DNA of 64,000 nt from positions 106,828,001 to 106,892,000 of the forward strand of contig NC_086108.1 of assembly GCF_963921235.1 (NCBI RefSeq), given 5' to 3'. Both the position numbers and the translations under genes were made by a program. Of this stretch, positions 36,487-48,817 are shown piece by piece; position 1 is the stretch's first letter; every line of letters begins with the position of its first letter. The stretch is from Mobula hypostoma (taxonomy: Eukaryota). The notes beneath the pieces are model-generated. The model was not told where the DNA came from. It saw nothing but the letters and a program-made list of their open reading frames with translations, and ran no database searches.

Positions 36487-36820
36487 ACAATCAGAGGCCA
36501 CATTATTAGCTACATTTGTATACCTACTCATTAATGCAAATATCTAATCAGCCAATCATGTAGCAAATAGTTAATGCATAAAAGCACGCAGACATTATAA
36601 AGTGGTTCAGTTGCTCTTTAGACCAAACATCAGAATGGGGAAGAAATTTGATCTAAGTGACTTTGCCCGTGGAATAATTGTTGGTGCCAGACAGGGGGGA
36701 ATGAGAATCTCAGAAAGAGCTGATCTCCTGGGATTTTCATGCACAACAGTCTTTAGATTTACAGAGAATGGCGTGGAAAACAAATATATGTCCGGTGAGT
36801 GGCAGTACTGTGGGCAAAAA
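36487..36820 (+). mobile_element. Tc1/mariner 5' remnant (TIR and N-terminal HTH)
   Basis: MGKKFDLSDFARGIIVGARQGGMRISERADLLGFSCTTV. Confidence 0.88.
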
Positions 36821-36851
36821 TACAAGGTTTGGGATATACATTAGTGCTGCA

Positions 36852-37360
36852 GCTGGCATGGTAGTTTAGTAGTTAGCGTAACACTATTACTACACCAGCT
36901 GTGAGATCGGGGTTTGATACCCATCCCTGTCCTGTCTGTAAGGAGTTTGGCTGTTCTCCTTGTGATTAGCGGGCTTCCTCTAGGTGTCTTGGATTCCTCC
37001 AACATTTCAAAGATGTATGAGTTAGTGTTAGTGAGCTGTGGGCATGACGACACTTGCGGACTGCCTAGCACAATCACTGCAATTTGATTTGGTGCAAACA
37101 CCGTATTTCATAGAACATTTATTTGTTTGTTTATTTGTTTGTTTATTGAGACACAGTGCGGAGTAAGCCTTTCCAGCCCCTTGAGCCGTGCCACCCAGCA
37201 ATCCCCCAATAATAATGCTAGCCTAATCACGGGACAATTTACAATGACCGATTAAACTACCAACTAGTACGTCTTTGAACCGTAAGAGGAAACTGGAGCA
37301 CCCAGAGGAAACCCACATGGTCACGAGGAGAACGTACAAACTGCTTTCAGGCAGCAGTGA
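36852..37360. mobile_element. Two V-SINE copies tail-to-tail (36852-37110 plus, 37120-37360 minus)
   Basis: tRNA-like head tggcatggtagtttagtagttagc..ggtttgatacc followed by V-domain; second copy has a (TTTG/TTTA)n tail. Confidence 0.7.
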
Positions 37361-37840
37361 GAACATAAAACATTACAGCAAAGTTCAGGCCCTTCAGGCC
37401 ATGATGTTGTGCCAATCTTTTAACCTAATTCACCATATGTTTTGATAGTCATGTGACAAATAAAGCTAATCTTCATCTTTCTCTTTCTTTACAGTTTGAA
37501 GCTCCAAGTACAGTTTAGTACTTCCAGGAAGTCACATTCTGGCCTTGATTTTAAAATTTTCCTTTTGTTCAGCTCTTTCCATGGACCTCATCCTTTTCCC
37601 AATCTCTGTAACTTTCTCCAGACCAAGGATTTGAAACTTCACTAATTACGGTTTCTGTGAGCATTAAAATTTAAGCACAAGAACAAGCCCTTTGGCCTAT
37701 GACATTGTTCTGAACTTATTAAATGTGTATTCCATACCAATCCAAAGGTGTGGAATTTGGAATCCACGCTTCCACTAACTAGAGGGAAAGCGCATCATTA
37801 ACAGAAGAGATTCTGCCAATGCTGGAAATCCAAAGCAACA

Positions 37841-37841
<1 letters not shown>

Positions 37842-37895
<54 letters not shown>
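37842..37895. repeat. (CA)n microsatellite, ~27 units, grown from a Penelope tail
   Basis: Follows gctggaaatccaaagcaaca; the Penelope continuation aaaatgctggaggaactc resumes at 38486 after a CR1 insertion. Confidence 0.97.
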
Positions 37896-37897
<2 letters not shown>

Positions 37898-37899
<2 letters not shown>

Positions 37900-38486
37900 C
37901 GAGAAGTAATGTTACAGCTATAAAGGACCCTGGTCAGACCCCACTTGGGGTACTGTGCTGAGTTCTGGTCGCCTCACTACAGGAAGGATGTGGAAGCCAT
38001 AGAAAGGGTGCAGAGGAGATTTACAAGGATGTTGCCTGGATTGGGGAGCATGCCTTATGAGAATAGGTTGAGTGAACTTGGCCTTTTCTCCTTGGAGCGA
38101 CCGAAGATGAGAGGTGACCTGATAGAGGTGTATAAGATGATGAGAGGCATTGATCGTGTGGATAGTCAGAGGCTTTTCCCCAGTGCTGAAATGGCTAACA
38201 CAAGAGGGCACAGTTTTAAGGTGCTTGGAAGTAGGTACAGAGGAGATGTCAGGGGTAAGTTTTCTACGCAGAGAGTGGGGGGTGCATGGAATGGATTACC
38301 AGCAATGGTGGTAGAAGCTGATACAATAGTGTTTTTTCAGAGACTCTTGCAGATACATGGAGCTTAGCAAAATAGAGGGCTATGGGTAACCCTAAGTAAT
38401 CTCTAAATTCAGTACATGTTTGGCACAGCATTGTGGGCTGAAGGGCTTGTGTTGTGCTGTAGGTTTTCTATGTTTCTATGTTTCTA
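37898..38486 (+). mobile_element. CR1 3' fragment inserted into a Penelope pLTR
   Basis: YCAEFWSPHYRKDVEAIERVQRRFTRMLPG; (TTTCTATG)n tail. Confidence 0.93.
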
Positions 38487-38900
38487 AAATGCTGGAGGAA
38501 CTCAGCAGGTCAGGCAGCATCTTTGGGAAGGAATAAACAGTCAATATTTTGACCCGAAACATTTCATCAGGGCTGGAAAGGAAGGGGGAAGAAGACAGAA
38601 TAGGAAGGTGGGGGAAGGGAAGGAGTACACACTAGGAAGTGATGAGAGGAGGAGAGGGAGAAAGTTGGTGGAAGGGGGAGTGTAAATGAAGCAAGAAGCT
38701 GGAAGGTGATCGGTGGAAGAGATAAAGGACCAACAAAGAAGGAATCTCACAGAGGAGGAGAATGGACCATGGGAGAAAGGGAAGGAGGAGGGGACCCAGA
38801 GGGACGTGATGGCAGCATTTTGTGTGTGTGTTGATAGGGATGCTGCACCTCATCCTCCACTTGGTTAACCTACAACCCAAATGCATGAACTTTAGTCCAT
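38487..38900 (-). mobile_element. Penelope pLTR fragment
   Basis: ggaggaactcagcaggtcaggcagcatc, a decayed hammerhead at 38538-38574 and a purine-rich tract. Confidence 0.75.
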
Positions 38901-39171
38901 TTTTTCCCCCCTCCTGCTCTGCCCGACTACTGAAGTGTATATAATAATGAGGGGCGTAGGAGAATGAACACGCAGAGTCTTTTCCCAAGTTTGGGGAATC
39001 AAGAATGAAAAGACATACTGTCAGCTTATGATGAAAAGGGAAAGATTTAATTGGATCTTGAGGGACAACTTCTTTATACAGAGTATGGTGCATATATGAA
39101 ACAAACAGTCAGAGGAAGTGGTTGAGGCCGGTACAATAACAATTGTATAAATGGAGAGGACTGGTTTAGAG

Positions 39172-39251
39172 CAGGGGTTCCCAACTCTTTTTATACCATG
39201 GACCAATATCATTATACAAGGGGTCCATGGACCCCAGGTTGGGAATTCGTG
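39172..39251. mobile_element. 80-bp hAT-Charlie-type MITE inside an old CR1 3' end
   Basis: TIR CAGGGGTTCCCAAC / GTTGGGAATTCGTG; perfect 8-bp TSD GTTTAGAG at 39164-39171 and 39252-39259. Confidence 0.85.
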
Positions 39252-39369
39252 GTTTAGAGAGATATTGGCCCAAAACAAACAAATAGAACTCAATAAATTG
39301 GCACCATACATGGGTTGGGCTGAAAAGCCTGATTTCATGTTGTATAATGATATTATTTCAGAAAAAAAA

Positions 39370-39823
39370 TACACCAGATGGTGAAGCTGTACAACAGCTG
39401 TGTTCTGTCCACAGTCCTGTATAGGTCAGAGTGCTGGGGCATGACAGAGAACTGTCGTCATTCTATACCATGATCCTCCAGAAGATCCTCCGTATTTTTT
39501 TTGGCCAAGAAATGTCTCCAGCCGTGGCCTACTCCCTGAGTGTCACCAAGAGGACATGGCCAGAATCAACATGAGGAAACAATGGAGGTGGATTGAGCGC
39601 ATGATGAGAAGAGAAGCCAACTCCACCATCAAGACAGCACTTCATTGGACCCGTAAAGGGTGGAGGAATAAGACAACTTGGTGCCGTACCATAGAGGCAG
39701 AAATAAGGACCCTGAACCACACCCTGGGGCACAATAGAGAAGATGGCCAAGGTCAGACAGAGTTGGATGACCTTCATTTCTGCCCTAAGCACCAGTGGCA
39801 TAACCAGCAGTAACTAACTAACT
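39370..39823 (+). mobile_element. Decayed RTE-clade LINE 3' end
   Basis: KLYNSCVLSTVLY.SECW..RKQWRWIE.MMR..TIKTALHWT..KTTWCRTIEAE; (TAAC)n tail. Confidence 0.75.
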
Positions 39824-41437
39824 ATAAACGCGAGATTCTGCAGACGCTATGAGCGAAGGAAATCTTTGATGAAATGTTCCTTCATTTAGTCAGGGCAGAA
39901 GCTATAACAATTTTATTATAATAGAAGCAATAAGCTACAGGTATTATTTACATCTTCAAATCTGCTAAACATTAGAATATTGACTTGGTGAGATAAAAGA
40001 ATCCTTTCTGGCAAATGGTTTTTTGATGAAGGACCACACTCATTACGATTTCATGTAAAATGTGCAATTGACTTAAAGAGGCATAGCAAATTTTATTTAA
40101 AGTTTAATATATCAATTTGCTAAACTAACATTGAACATGCCAGTAATTGACTTACAATAGGAAGTCATTAATGTAACTCTGTGACTACAACAAGCAACAA
40201 ACACTAATAACTTTTAGAACAAAGTAATTCTTTGTAAATAATCTTTAAGTCCGCATGCAAATACTCTGGTCTTTGGGAAAAGATGATAGAGGTATATTTA
40301 AAACATATCTGTTCTGTGCCATGCAGCCTTCTGACTGTTCAGTGAGTTTCAGAAGCAGGATAATGTCCAGTATTATTATTTAGTGTAAATATCACCAGCC
40401 ATTGGAGGAAAGCATTTAAGATTCAAGATTCAAAATTGTTTATTGTCATTCTTCAAAAGGTTCAAAAGTCAAAAGTCAAAGTGTATTATCAAGGTATGTA
40501 TACATTATACAAACTTGAGACTTATCTCTTTACAGGGCCACAGACAAAAGAACCCATAAAAAGATCATCAGACACCAAATGTGCAGAGAGAAAAACAAAT
40601 TGTGCAAACAATAAAAGTAAGCAAATAGCATTCAGTACAAAAGTGAGCCCATAGACACAAAGCCCAGAGCATAGCCTCAGTTCAGCACAGAGCAGAGTTA
40701 ACGTTGCAGAACAACAAACAGAACCAGGCCAACCCCAGCTTCAGGTCCCAACACCCTTCCTTCTCAATCTGGTTTGGCGTTTAAGTTGTCTAAACATTGG
40801 GTCATTCCTCATTCTAGGTCCTGTGCCTAGTCGCTTTAATACGTTATGGGACTGGACTCCATCACTACGTTTTGGCCTGTACCTGACCTTTCCAGTACAC
40901 AAGTGTAAAAGAGAGAAAAGTTACACGTAAGTATTACAGTAGTTAAGTTAAATAATTAGTGCAAAAAGAGAAAAATTAGTGTTCATGGATTCAATGTCCA
41001 TTCAGAAATCTAATGGCAGAGGAGAAGAACCTGTTCCTGAATAGGGATGTTGGAAGCAGAGTTTTCAAATAATTTAAGGCAGAGGTGAATTGATGAGGAA
41101 GGACGTGAGAGGCTACCAAGGTAGCTATGTAAGTGGAAATAAGGTCATAGTAAGATCAGCTGTATTCTGTACTGAATACTGAGTGTGGCCTGTTCCTGCT
41201 CTTCATTCATATGTTTGTGCCATTTCAGGGATGTTTACTGCATTTTCATTCAAGCTGTCAAGCACCATTCTCTCTACAAATGCACTCACACTATACTGTG
41301 GCATCGAGCATTCCCATTAAACACGTTATTAAAGTGTTGCTTCTACAATGTTCCTGGAACATCAGTATTTATCAGCTGGAATTTCAAAACTGAGATGTCT
41401 CAACATGTCTGTTCTTTGACCAGACTCTCGGTTTTAT

Positions 41438-41795
41438 ATACACAAGGCATTCTGCAGATGCTGGAAATCCAGAGCAACAGAGACAGACTGCTGGAGGAAC
41501 TCAACATGAGAGGCAGCATCTATAGGGACGACACTTCAGGCTGAGACCCTTCATCAGGATTGGAAAGGAAGGGGGCAGAAGGCAGAATGAGAAGGTGGAG
41601 GAGAGGAAGGAGTACAACCTGGAAGGTGGTAAGTGAGACCAGGTGAGGATGATGGCGGGTGGATGGGTGGAGGATAGGTGGGGGCAGGTGAAGGAAAAAG
41701 CTGGGAGGTGATAGGTGGAAGAGGTAAAGGGCTGAAGAAGAAGGAATCCGACAGGAGAAGACAGTGGTCTAGGGAAGAAAGGGAAGGAGGTGGGT
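41438..41795 (-). mobile_element. Penelope pLTR fragment
   Basis: ctgcagatgctggaaatcc..ggaggaactc..gagacccttcatcagga plus purine tract. Confidence 0.78.
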
Positions 41796-42736
41796 AATCT
41801 CCTGCATCATGTCACCTTTCATCACCCACAGATGGTTGTCTTCTGGCTACCGTTTTGGTATCAGTATAAGTATGAGTTATTTGTCACATAATCTTAAAAA
41901 CCCCTAAAGTATCTGTTTCTACCACCAACCCAGGCTGTGTGTTCCATGCACTCAGAACTCTCTGTGTAAATAAAAACCTGTCTTTGACATCCCTGCCCCA
42001 TACACTTTCTTCCAATCACCTTCTAATTATGCCCTTTGCATGAGCCATCTCCATCCTGGGAAACAGCCTCAAGCAGAGTCTTGCTGAGTCTCTGTTTTAT
42101 ATCCCTTGTGTGCTTGACTCAGAGAGACGTAGGGGAGAGATCCTAGAATCACAAGCAGGTTTAATATCATTGGCATCCGTTGTGAAATTTGTTTTATTTT
42201 GTGGCAACACTACGTTGCAATGCAAAATATTAGAAACTATACATTTCAATAAGAAGTATATATAAAAAAAGCAAATTAAATTAAATAAGCAGTAGAAAGA
42301 GAGAAGGAAACAAAATACAGAGGTAGTACTCAAAGGTTCAATGTCCACTCAGAAATCTGACGGCGGAGAGGAAGAAGCTGTTCCTGAATAATAGAGCTTG
42401 CGTCTTCAGGCTCCCCTACTTCCTTGATGGTAGCAATGAGATGAATGTTATGGGTGATGAGGGCATGTCTTAATGGTGGATGCTGCCTTTTCGTGGCATC
42501 ACATTTTGAAGGTGTTCTTGTTGCTGGGGAGGCTGGTGCCCATGATAGAGCTGGCTGAAGTTACAACCTTCTGCAGCTTTTCCTGATCGTGTGCTGTGGC
42601 CTCTTCATACCAGATGGTGATGCAGCCAGTTAGATACCCGAGTAAAATCAGCAGCCTGGTAATTCATTTCACTTTCTACTTCCCTCACCTTGTAATGGGA
42701 AGTATGTGCTCATTCAAAGTTAGCAGAACATCAGGT

Positions 42737-42930
42737 TTTCGGATCTCCCGCGCCCCCCCCCCCGCCACTTTCAAATCTCTTACTATCTCTTCTTTCAGTT
42801 AGTCCTGATGAAGGGTCTCGGCCTGAAACGTCGACTGTGCTTCTTCCTACGGATGCTGTCTGGCCTGCTGCGTTCCACCAGCATTTTGTGTGCGTTGCTG
42901 TAATTTCCAGCATCTGCAGATTTCCTCGTG
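42737..42930 (+). mobile_element. 194-bp mini Penelope-like element with intact hammerhead
   Basis: TSD ATCAGGT at 42730-42736 and 42931-42937; ends atttccagcatctgcagatttcctcgtg. Confidence 0.85.
42800..42837 (+). ncRNA. Minimal type I hammerhead ribozyme (Penelope-associated)
   Basis: TAGTC (stem I) CTGATGA AGGGTCTCGGCCT (stem II) GAAA CGTC | GACTG (stem I'); palindromic ACGT minimal helix III; predicted cleavage after GUC at 42832. Confidence 0.8.
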
Positions 42931-43224
42931 ATCAGGTAGAGCTATCATTTTTGTGCCCCTCTGGGCGGTAATGCTACCTATTTATGTCTTCCAGAACATT
43001 GTTGTTTACAAGACACCTTTAACTGCTTTGGAGCTGAAGTTATGTTAATCTAACCCACACTTCAGAAAGATTGAAAGGACTTGTCATCTCAAATAGACAT
43101 CAGACAAAAGGTTTTATATTGACAGGGTCTGTGCAAATCATACTGGTAAGGATTCTTGCCTGGTTTCAGGTAATGAGTGCAACTTGAATATCACGGGCAG
43201 TTGGTAAAGATAGCTGATTAAGAT

Positions 43225-44015
43225 TATAAGACTATAACATATAGGAGAAGAATTAGGCCATTTGGCCCATCAACTCTGCTCTGCCATTTCATCCATTTTT
43301 CCCCTCAGCCCCAAACTCTTGCCTTCTCTCCATATCACTTCATGCCCTGATCAATCCAGAATCTATCAACGTCCGTCTTAAATATTCGTAAAGATTTGGC
43401 TTTCACAGCTGCATGTGCAATGAATTCCACAGATTCACCACTCTCTGGCTAAAGAAATTCCTCCTCATCTCCATTCTAAAAGGATGTCCCTCTATTCTGA
43501 GGCTGTGTCCTCTGCCTTAGATTCCCCACCATAGAAAACATCCTCTCCACATCCACTCTACCAAGGATTTTCAACATTTGATAAGTTTCAATGAGATCCC
43601 CCCTCATTCTTTTGTATTCCAGTGAGTACAGGCCCAGAGCCATCAATTGCTTTTCATCAAGCCATTCAATCCTAGAATCATTTTTGTAAACCTCCTTTAA
43701 GCCCTCCCCAGTTTCAGTGCATCCTTTCTAAGAAAAGGGGCCCAAAACTGCTCAGAATATGTCAAGTGAGCCCTCACAAGTGCCTTATAAAGCCTCAGCA
43801 TTTCATCCTTGCTTTTATATTCTGGTCCTCTTGAAATGAATATTAATATTGCATTTGTCTTCCTCACCACTGACTTAATCTGCAAGTTAGTCTTTAGGGA
43901 ATCCTCCCTTTGCTCCCCAGATTGTTGAGTGTTCCTTGCATTTAGAAAATAGTCTACGCCTTTATTTCTTCCACCATACACTTCCCGACACTGTATTCCA
44001 TCTGCCACTTCTTTG
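43225..44015 (-). mobile_element. CR1 3' fragment
   Basis: VVRKTNAILIFISRGPEYKSKDEMLRLYKALVRAHL..QFWAPFLRKD. Confidence 0.88.
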
Positions 44016-44754
44016 CCTATTGTCTTCCTGCAATCTTCCTGCTTCTGAATGGAGAGCATTCTGAATGGCTGGATCACCAAGTGGTATGGGGTGGGGCGAG
44101 GAGGGCTTCTGCACAGGATGAAAAGAAGCTGCAGCAAGTTGTGGAGCTCAGTCAGCTCCATCATGGGCACGAGCCTCCGTAGCATCCAGGACAGCGTCAT
44201 GGAGCAATGCCTCAAAAAGGCGGCATCCATCATTTAGGACCCCCATCACCAAGGACATGCCTTGTTCTCATTGTTACCATCAGGGAGAAGGTACAGGAGC
44301 CTGAAGACGCGCACTCACTGATTCAGGAACAGCTTCTTCCCCTCTGCCATCTGATTTCTGAATGGGCATTGAACCCGTGAGCACTATCTCACTACTTTTT
44401 TGCAATACTTGTTTAATTTAGCTATTATATAAAAGCAAGGATGTTGTGATGAGGTGTTATTGGTCAGACCACACTTGGAGTATTGTGAACAGTTTTGGGC
44501 CCCTTATCTAAGAAAAGACGTGCAGACATTAAAGAGGGTCCAGAGAATTAACCACAAGGATAAAAGGGTTAATGGCTGAGGAACATTTGATGTCTTTGAA
44601 TCACTGGGCCTGTACTCACTGGAGTTTAGAAGAATGAGAAGGGATCTCATTGAAACTTAATGAATATTAAAAGGCCTAGATGGAGTGGATGTGAACAAAG
44701 ATGAAGAGTAATTTCTTTTGTCACGGTGGTAAATCTGTGGAATTCTGTTCCTAT

Positions 44755-45045
44755 GTTATTTACTATTTGGAGATGCAGTGCAGAATAACCCTTCTGGCCC
44801 TTCGAGCCACACTGCCTCGTAACTACCAACGAACCCAATTTAACCCTAAGCCTAGTCATGGGAAAATTAATCTACCTGGTACATCTTTGGACTGGGGGAG
44901 GAAACCAGAGAACCTGGGGAAAACTCACATGTTCCACAGGGAGGATGAACAGACACCCCTTATTGAGGATGCTGGAAGTGAACTCTGAACTCCAACCCCC
45001 AAGCTGTAATAGCAACGCACTACCTGCTATGCTGCCCTGGTGTCC
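44755..45045 (-). mobile_element. V-SINE copy
   Basis: tacatctttggactgggggaggaaaccagagaacctggggaaaactcac, the reverse complement of the V-domain. Confidence 0.7.
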
Positions 45046-46316
45046 CATTGAATAAGACCATCAGACCATATGTCGTATTCAATGCTCAGTGTTCTCTGTT
45101 TTGAGCTCCAAAGTCCAGGAAAACATTGCTGCAACATTCCATGGACAGCAAGGTGGATGACAAGGCACAGAAGAAGTCATGGTTATCCACTGCAACCAAG
45201 GAAGACTCCAGTTTGTGGTACTTGTTCGTACCACTGGTCCCGGACTTCTGGAATCAAGAGAGAGGAACTGCCCCGGTGCAATGGCTTTTCCACTTTGAAA
45301 TTACTCCACACAGGTTTAAGACTGTAAGATAGAGGAGTCGAAATAAGCCATTTGGCCCATTGAGTCTGTTTCATCATTTCATCATGGCCGATCCACTTTG
45401 GTCTCTCAGTACCCATCTCCTGCCTTCTCCCTGTATCCCTTCACGCCCTCAACAATCAAGAATCTATCAAGCTCTGCCTTGGCCTCTTGGCTGCCTGTGG
45501 CAAGGAATTCCACAGATTCGCCAATCTTTGGCTAAAGAAATTCCTCCTCAGCTCCATTCCAAAAGGATGCCTCTCTCTTTCTGAGTCGGTATCCTTTGGT
45601 TTTATACTCCCCCACAATTTCCTGTCATCATTGAACCCAACGAACATCCACCATATACTATGTTCTATATGTCAGGATTCCAACAGCTATGAGTTTATTA
45701 AATCGCATTTAGGTTTGTGTTGTGTTGTGGAGTTTATCTGTATAGAAATGTGGAAGTATTAGTCAGTATTTCTGGGATAATAGGATCAGGAGTTCAATTG
45801 ACGTCATGTTTGTGTCAATAAAATCTTGGCTGTAGCAGCAGCAAGCTCTCGACGACAAATAAAAACAGATAATGTTGGAATTACCCAGAGGGTCAGGCCA
45901 CTTCTGTGTTCGGATTCAACCGCTTTGCAGACAAGAGGAATGTAGTGAAGGTTCACTGAAATTCCATTTAAAAACCTGCCTCAACCTCTCTGCCAAAGCC
46001 TCCCGTTAAATGTCAGTGTCAGGCATTTTAATTCACAATTATATTTCCCCTCAACTGAAGCACACAAATGTGTTGTGAAATATGAGCAGTGATTTTGACT
46101 GGTGTCAAGTGATTTAAAATTCAAGTCTTGTCTGTGGTTGCAGTGAAAATTCTTCAGAAATTCCTGGAGGTAAAAATTCCGTTTTCTATTTGATTCCTAA
46201 TCATTTCTCTCAAGATGTTTTGGATAAAACACACTTAGTGGTCACAGACCAGAAAACATGACTAAGATCTGTGAACTTGGTGGTTAGGAAATGAAAGCAG
46301 ATCCGGACATACTCGA

Positions 46317-47040
46317 TACTTAGTGGCCACTGTATCAGCTACCTCCTGTATCTAATAAAGTGGCCACTGAGTGCATGTTTGTGGTCTTCTGCTGCTGTAG
46401 CCTGTCTGAATCTCACACAGCCGAGGTATTAATCAACAATCATCCGGAGGAACACATGTTGCTTTACTACCATTCCATCCAGAGTCAGACTCTCGGTGAC
46501 CACTTTACTTGCTACCTCCTGTACCTAATAATGTGGCCACTGGATGTGAATTTGTGGCCTTCTGCTGCTGTAGCTTATCCAGTTTGAGGTCCAATGTATT
46601 GTGCATTCAGAGATGCTCTTTTGCACACCACTGTTGTAATGTGTGGTTATCTGAGTTACTATCTGCTTCCTGTCAGCTTGAATCATTCTGGCCATTCTCC
46701 TCTGATCTTTCTCATTAGTAAGGCATTTTTGTCCACAAAACTCCACTCACTGGAATTCTGTTTTGTTTCTTTTCGCCATTCTCTGCAAACTCGAGAGGTT
46801 CTTGTGCATCAAAATCACAGGAGATCAGCAGTTTCTGAGATACTCAGACCTCCCCTTCTGGCATCAACAATTATTCATGGTAAAAGAATCACATTTCTTG
46901 CCCATTCTGATGTTTGATCTGAACAACAAACAAACCTCTTGACTATGTCAGCATGCTTCATGCATTGAGTTGCCACCTCATAATAGACTGATTTATATTT
47001 GCATTAACGAGCAGGTGTACTAGTGTACCTAATATGTGAG
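46317..47040 (-). mobile_element. Internally deleted Tc1 element ending in palindromic mini-MITE units (46320-46373, 46490-46545)
   Basis: FCGQKCLTNEKDQRRMARMIQADRKQIVTQITTHYNSGVQKSISECT..SSRRP (Tc1 transposase); agtggccac..ctaataaagtggccactgagtg hairpins. Confidence 0.85.
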
Positions 47041-47269
47041 TCTGCTCCTGGATAAACATGGCCCAGAGCATCTTCTGATTTCTGTCCAGTTTCCACAATG
47101 TCCCTTCACATTCACTGTAAGAAAACTTTTCGTCCTAGAGTGAGCCTTTGATATCTCTCAAGGAGGCAGATCTATTATGTCAGGGAATCTGTGACTGAAA
47201 TGGATTGGACAGCAAGGTGACATTCTAAAGGAGGACAAAGTATTCTCTGTTGGAAATTAAAATAAGTTG

Positions 47270-47830
47270 TTTGGCCATGGCCTCCTCTACTGCTAAAATA
47301 AGGTCATTCTTAGGTTGGAGGAGCAACACCTCATTTTCCCTTTCGGTAGCCTTCTACCTGTCAGCATGAACATCGATTTCCCTAACTTCCAGTAATTCCT
47401 CTCCCCTGCCATTCTTTCTTTTCAATTCCCTATTCTGCTCTCCTGTACCCCTTCTTCTCTCCTTAGCTGCCCATCGCCTTCCTCTGGTGCCCCTTCCCTT
47501 TCTCCAGTGGTCTACTTTCCTGTCTTATCAGATTCCTTGCTCTTCAGCCCTTTACCTCTTCCACCTATCACCTCCCCGATTCTCACTTCATTCCTATTCT
47601 CTACCTTCCCACCTTCCTCCTCCTGGCTTCTCCTACCAACTGCCATCGTTTACTCCACATCTTCACACCACCTTCTTAATTTGGCTTCTTCCCAATCCCG
47701 ATCAAGGGTCTTTCCCAAAACATCGATTATTTATTCCTCTCCATGGATGCTGCCTGAGCTGCTAAGATCCTCCTCCAAATTTTGTGTTTGTTGCTATGTA
47801 TTTCCAGTATCTGCAGAATCGTTTGTGTTC
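47270..47830 (+). mobile_element. Penelope 3' end (GIY-YIG endonuclease C-terminus and pLTR)
   Basis: LEEQHLIFPFGSLLPVSMNIDF followed by a pyrimidine tract, a decayed hammerhead near 47695-47730 and the tail. Confidence 0.8.
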
Positions 47831-48367
47831 ATCGAACAGATTGAACTTCTAATAGTGGATTTGACCCAGTCCAACGCAGTTAAAGCCCTCCGAACCATCG
47901 AATGCATCTACACAGAGTGTTGTCGCTGGAAAGCAGCATCCAACATCAGAGACCTCCACCGGCCAAGACATGCTCTTTTCTCTCTGCTGCCATCAGGAAG
48001 AAGGTACAAGAGCCTTAGGACTCATACCACCTCAGGTTGAGGAATAGTTTTTACCCCTCAAACATTAAGCTCTTGGACTGCAGGGATTAACATCACTCAA
48101 CTTCACTTGCCCCATCACTGAACAACCTATGATCTCACTTTCAAGGATTCTTCATCTCATGTTCTCAAAATTTATTCCTTATTTATTTGTCATTATTATT
48201 ATTATTTATTTTTTTCTTTCTTTTTTGTATTTACACAGTTTGTTGTCTTTTGCATGTTTGTTATCCACCCTGTTGGTGAGATCTTTTATTGATTCCGTTA
48301 TGGTAATTGGATTTGTTGCGTATGCTGGTAAGAAAATGAATCTCAGGGCTGTATATGGTAACATATA

Positions 48368-48675
48368 CTTACCTCCTCCTGCTGGCATTTAGGACAGCGA
48401 TGAAGGTCTTCCATCTCTGTCTGTCCATAACATCACACTCAGATGTAGAAGGATTCTTCATTATTGTTCTGTAACAATTTTGTTTTCCCAGTCAGAGTTG
48501 TTTGATCCTGGAGGACCGGTGAACCACTGTGTCCTCTACCTTTTGACCTATTTGGCATGAGTGACCCTTCCAAGAGTTAAAGCAAAAGGTCCTGACTCTA
48601 GCCAACATAGCTCTCCAGATCATTGAGGCATGCAAGCCTCCAAACCTATGACAAGTTTGAGGTCCTCTTAGAGGA
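48368..48675 (-). mobile_element. Short internally deleted RTE-like element
   Basis: RTE-type 3' end (ggacagacagagatggaagaccttcatcgctgtcctaaatgccagc on the minus strand) joined to leader-like sequence. Confidence 0.55.
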
Positions 48676-48817
48676 TGGTGACTTTGATAGTAAATTTACT
48701 TTGTACTTTGTTCTGTCTGGTAGACTTCTTACTTTTTGAAATGTGGAATTATTAATCTGTATTTGGGAGATAATAGGATCAGGAGTTCAAATGACATCAG
48801 GTGGGTGTCAATGAATT

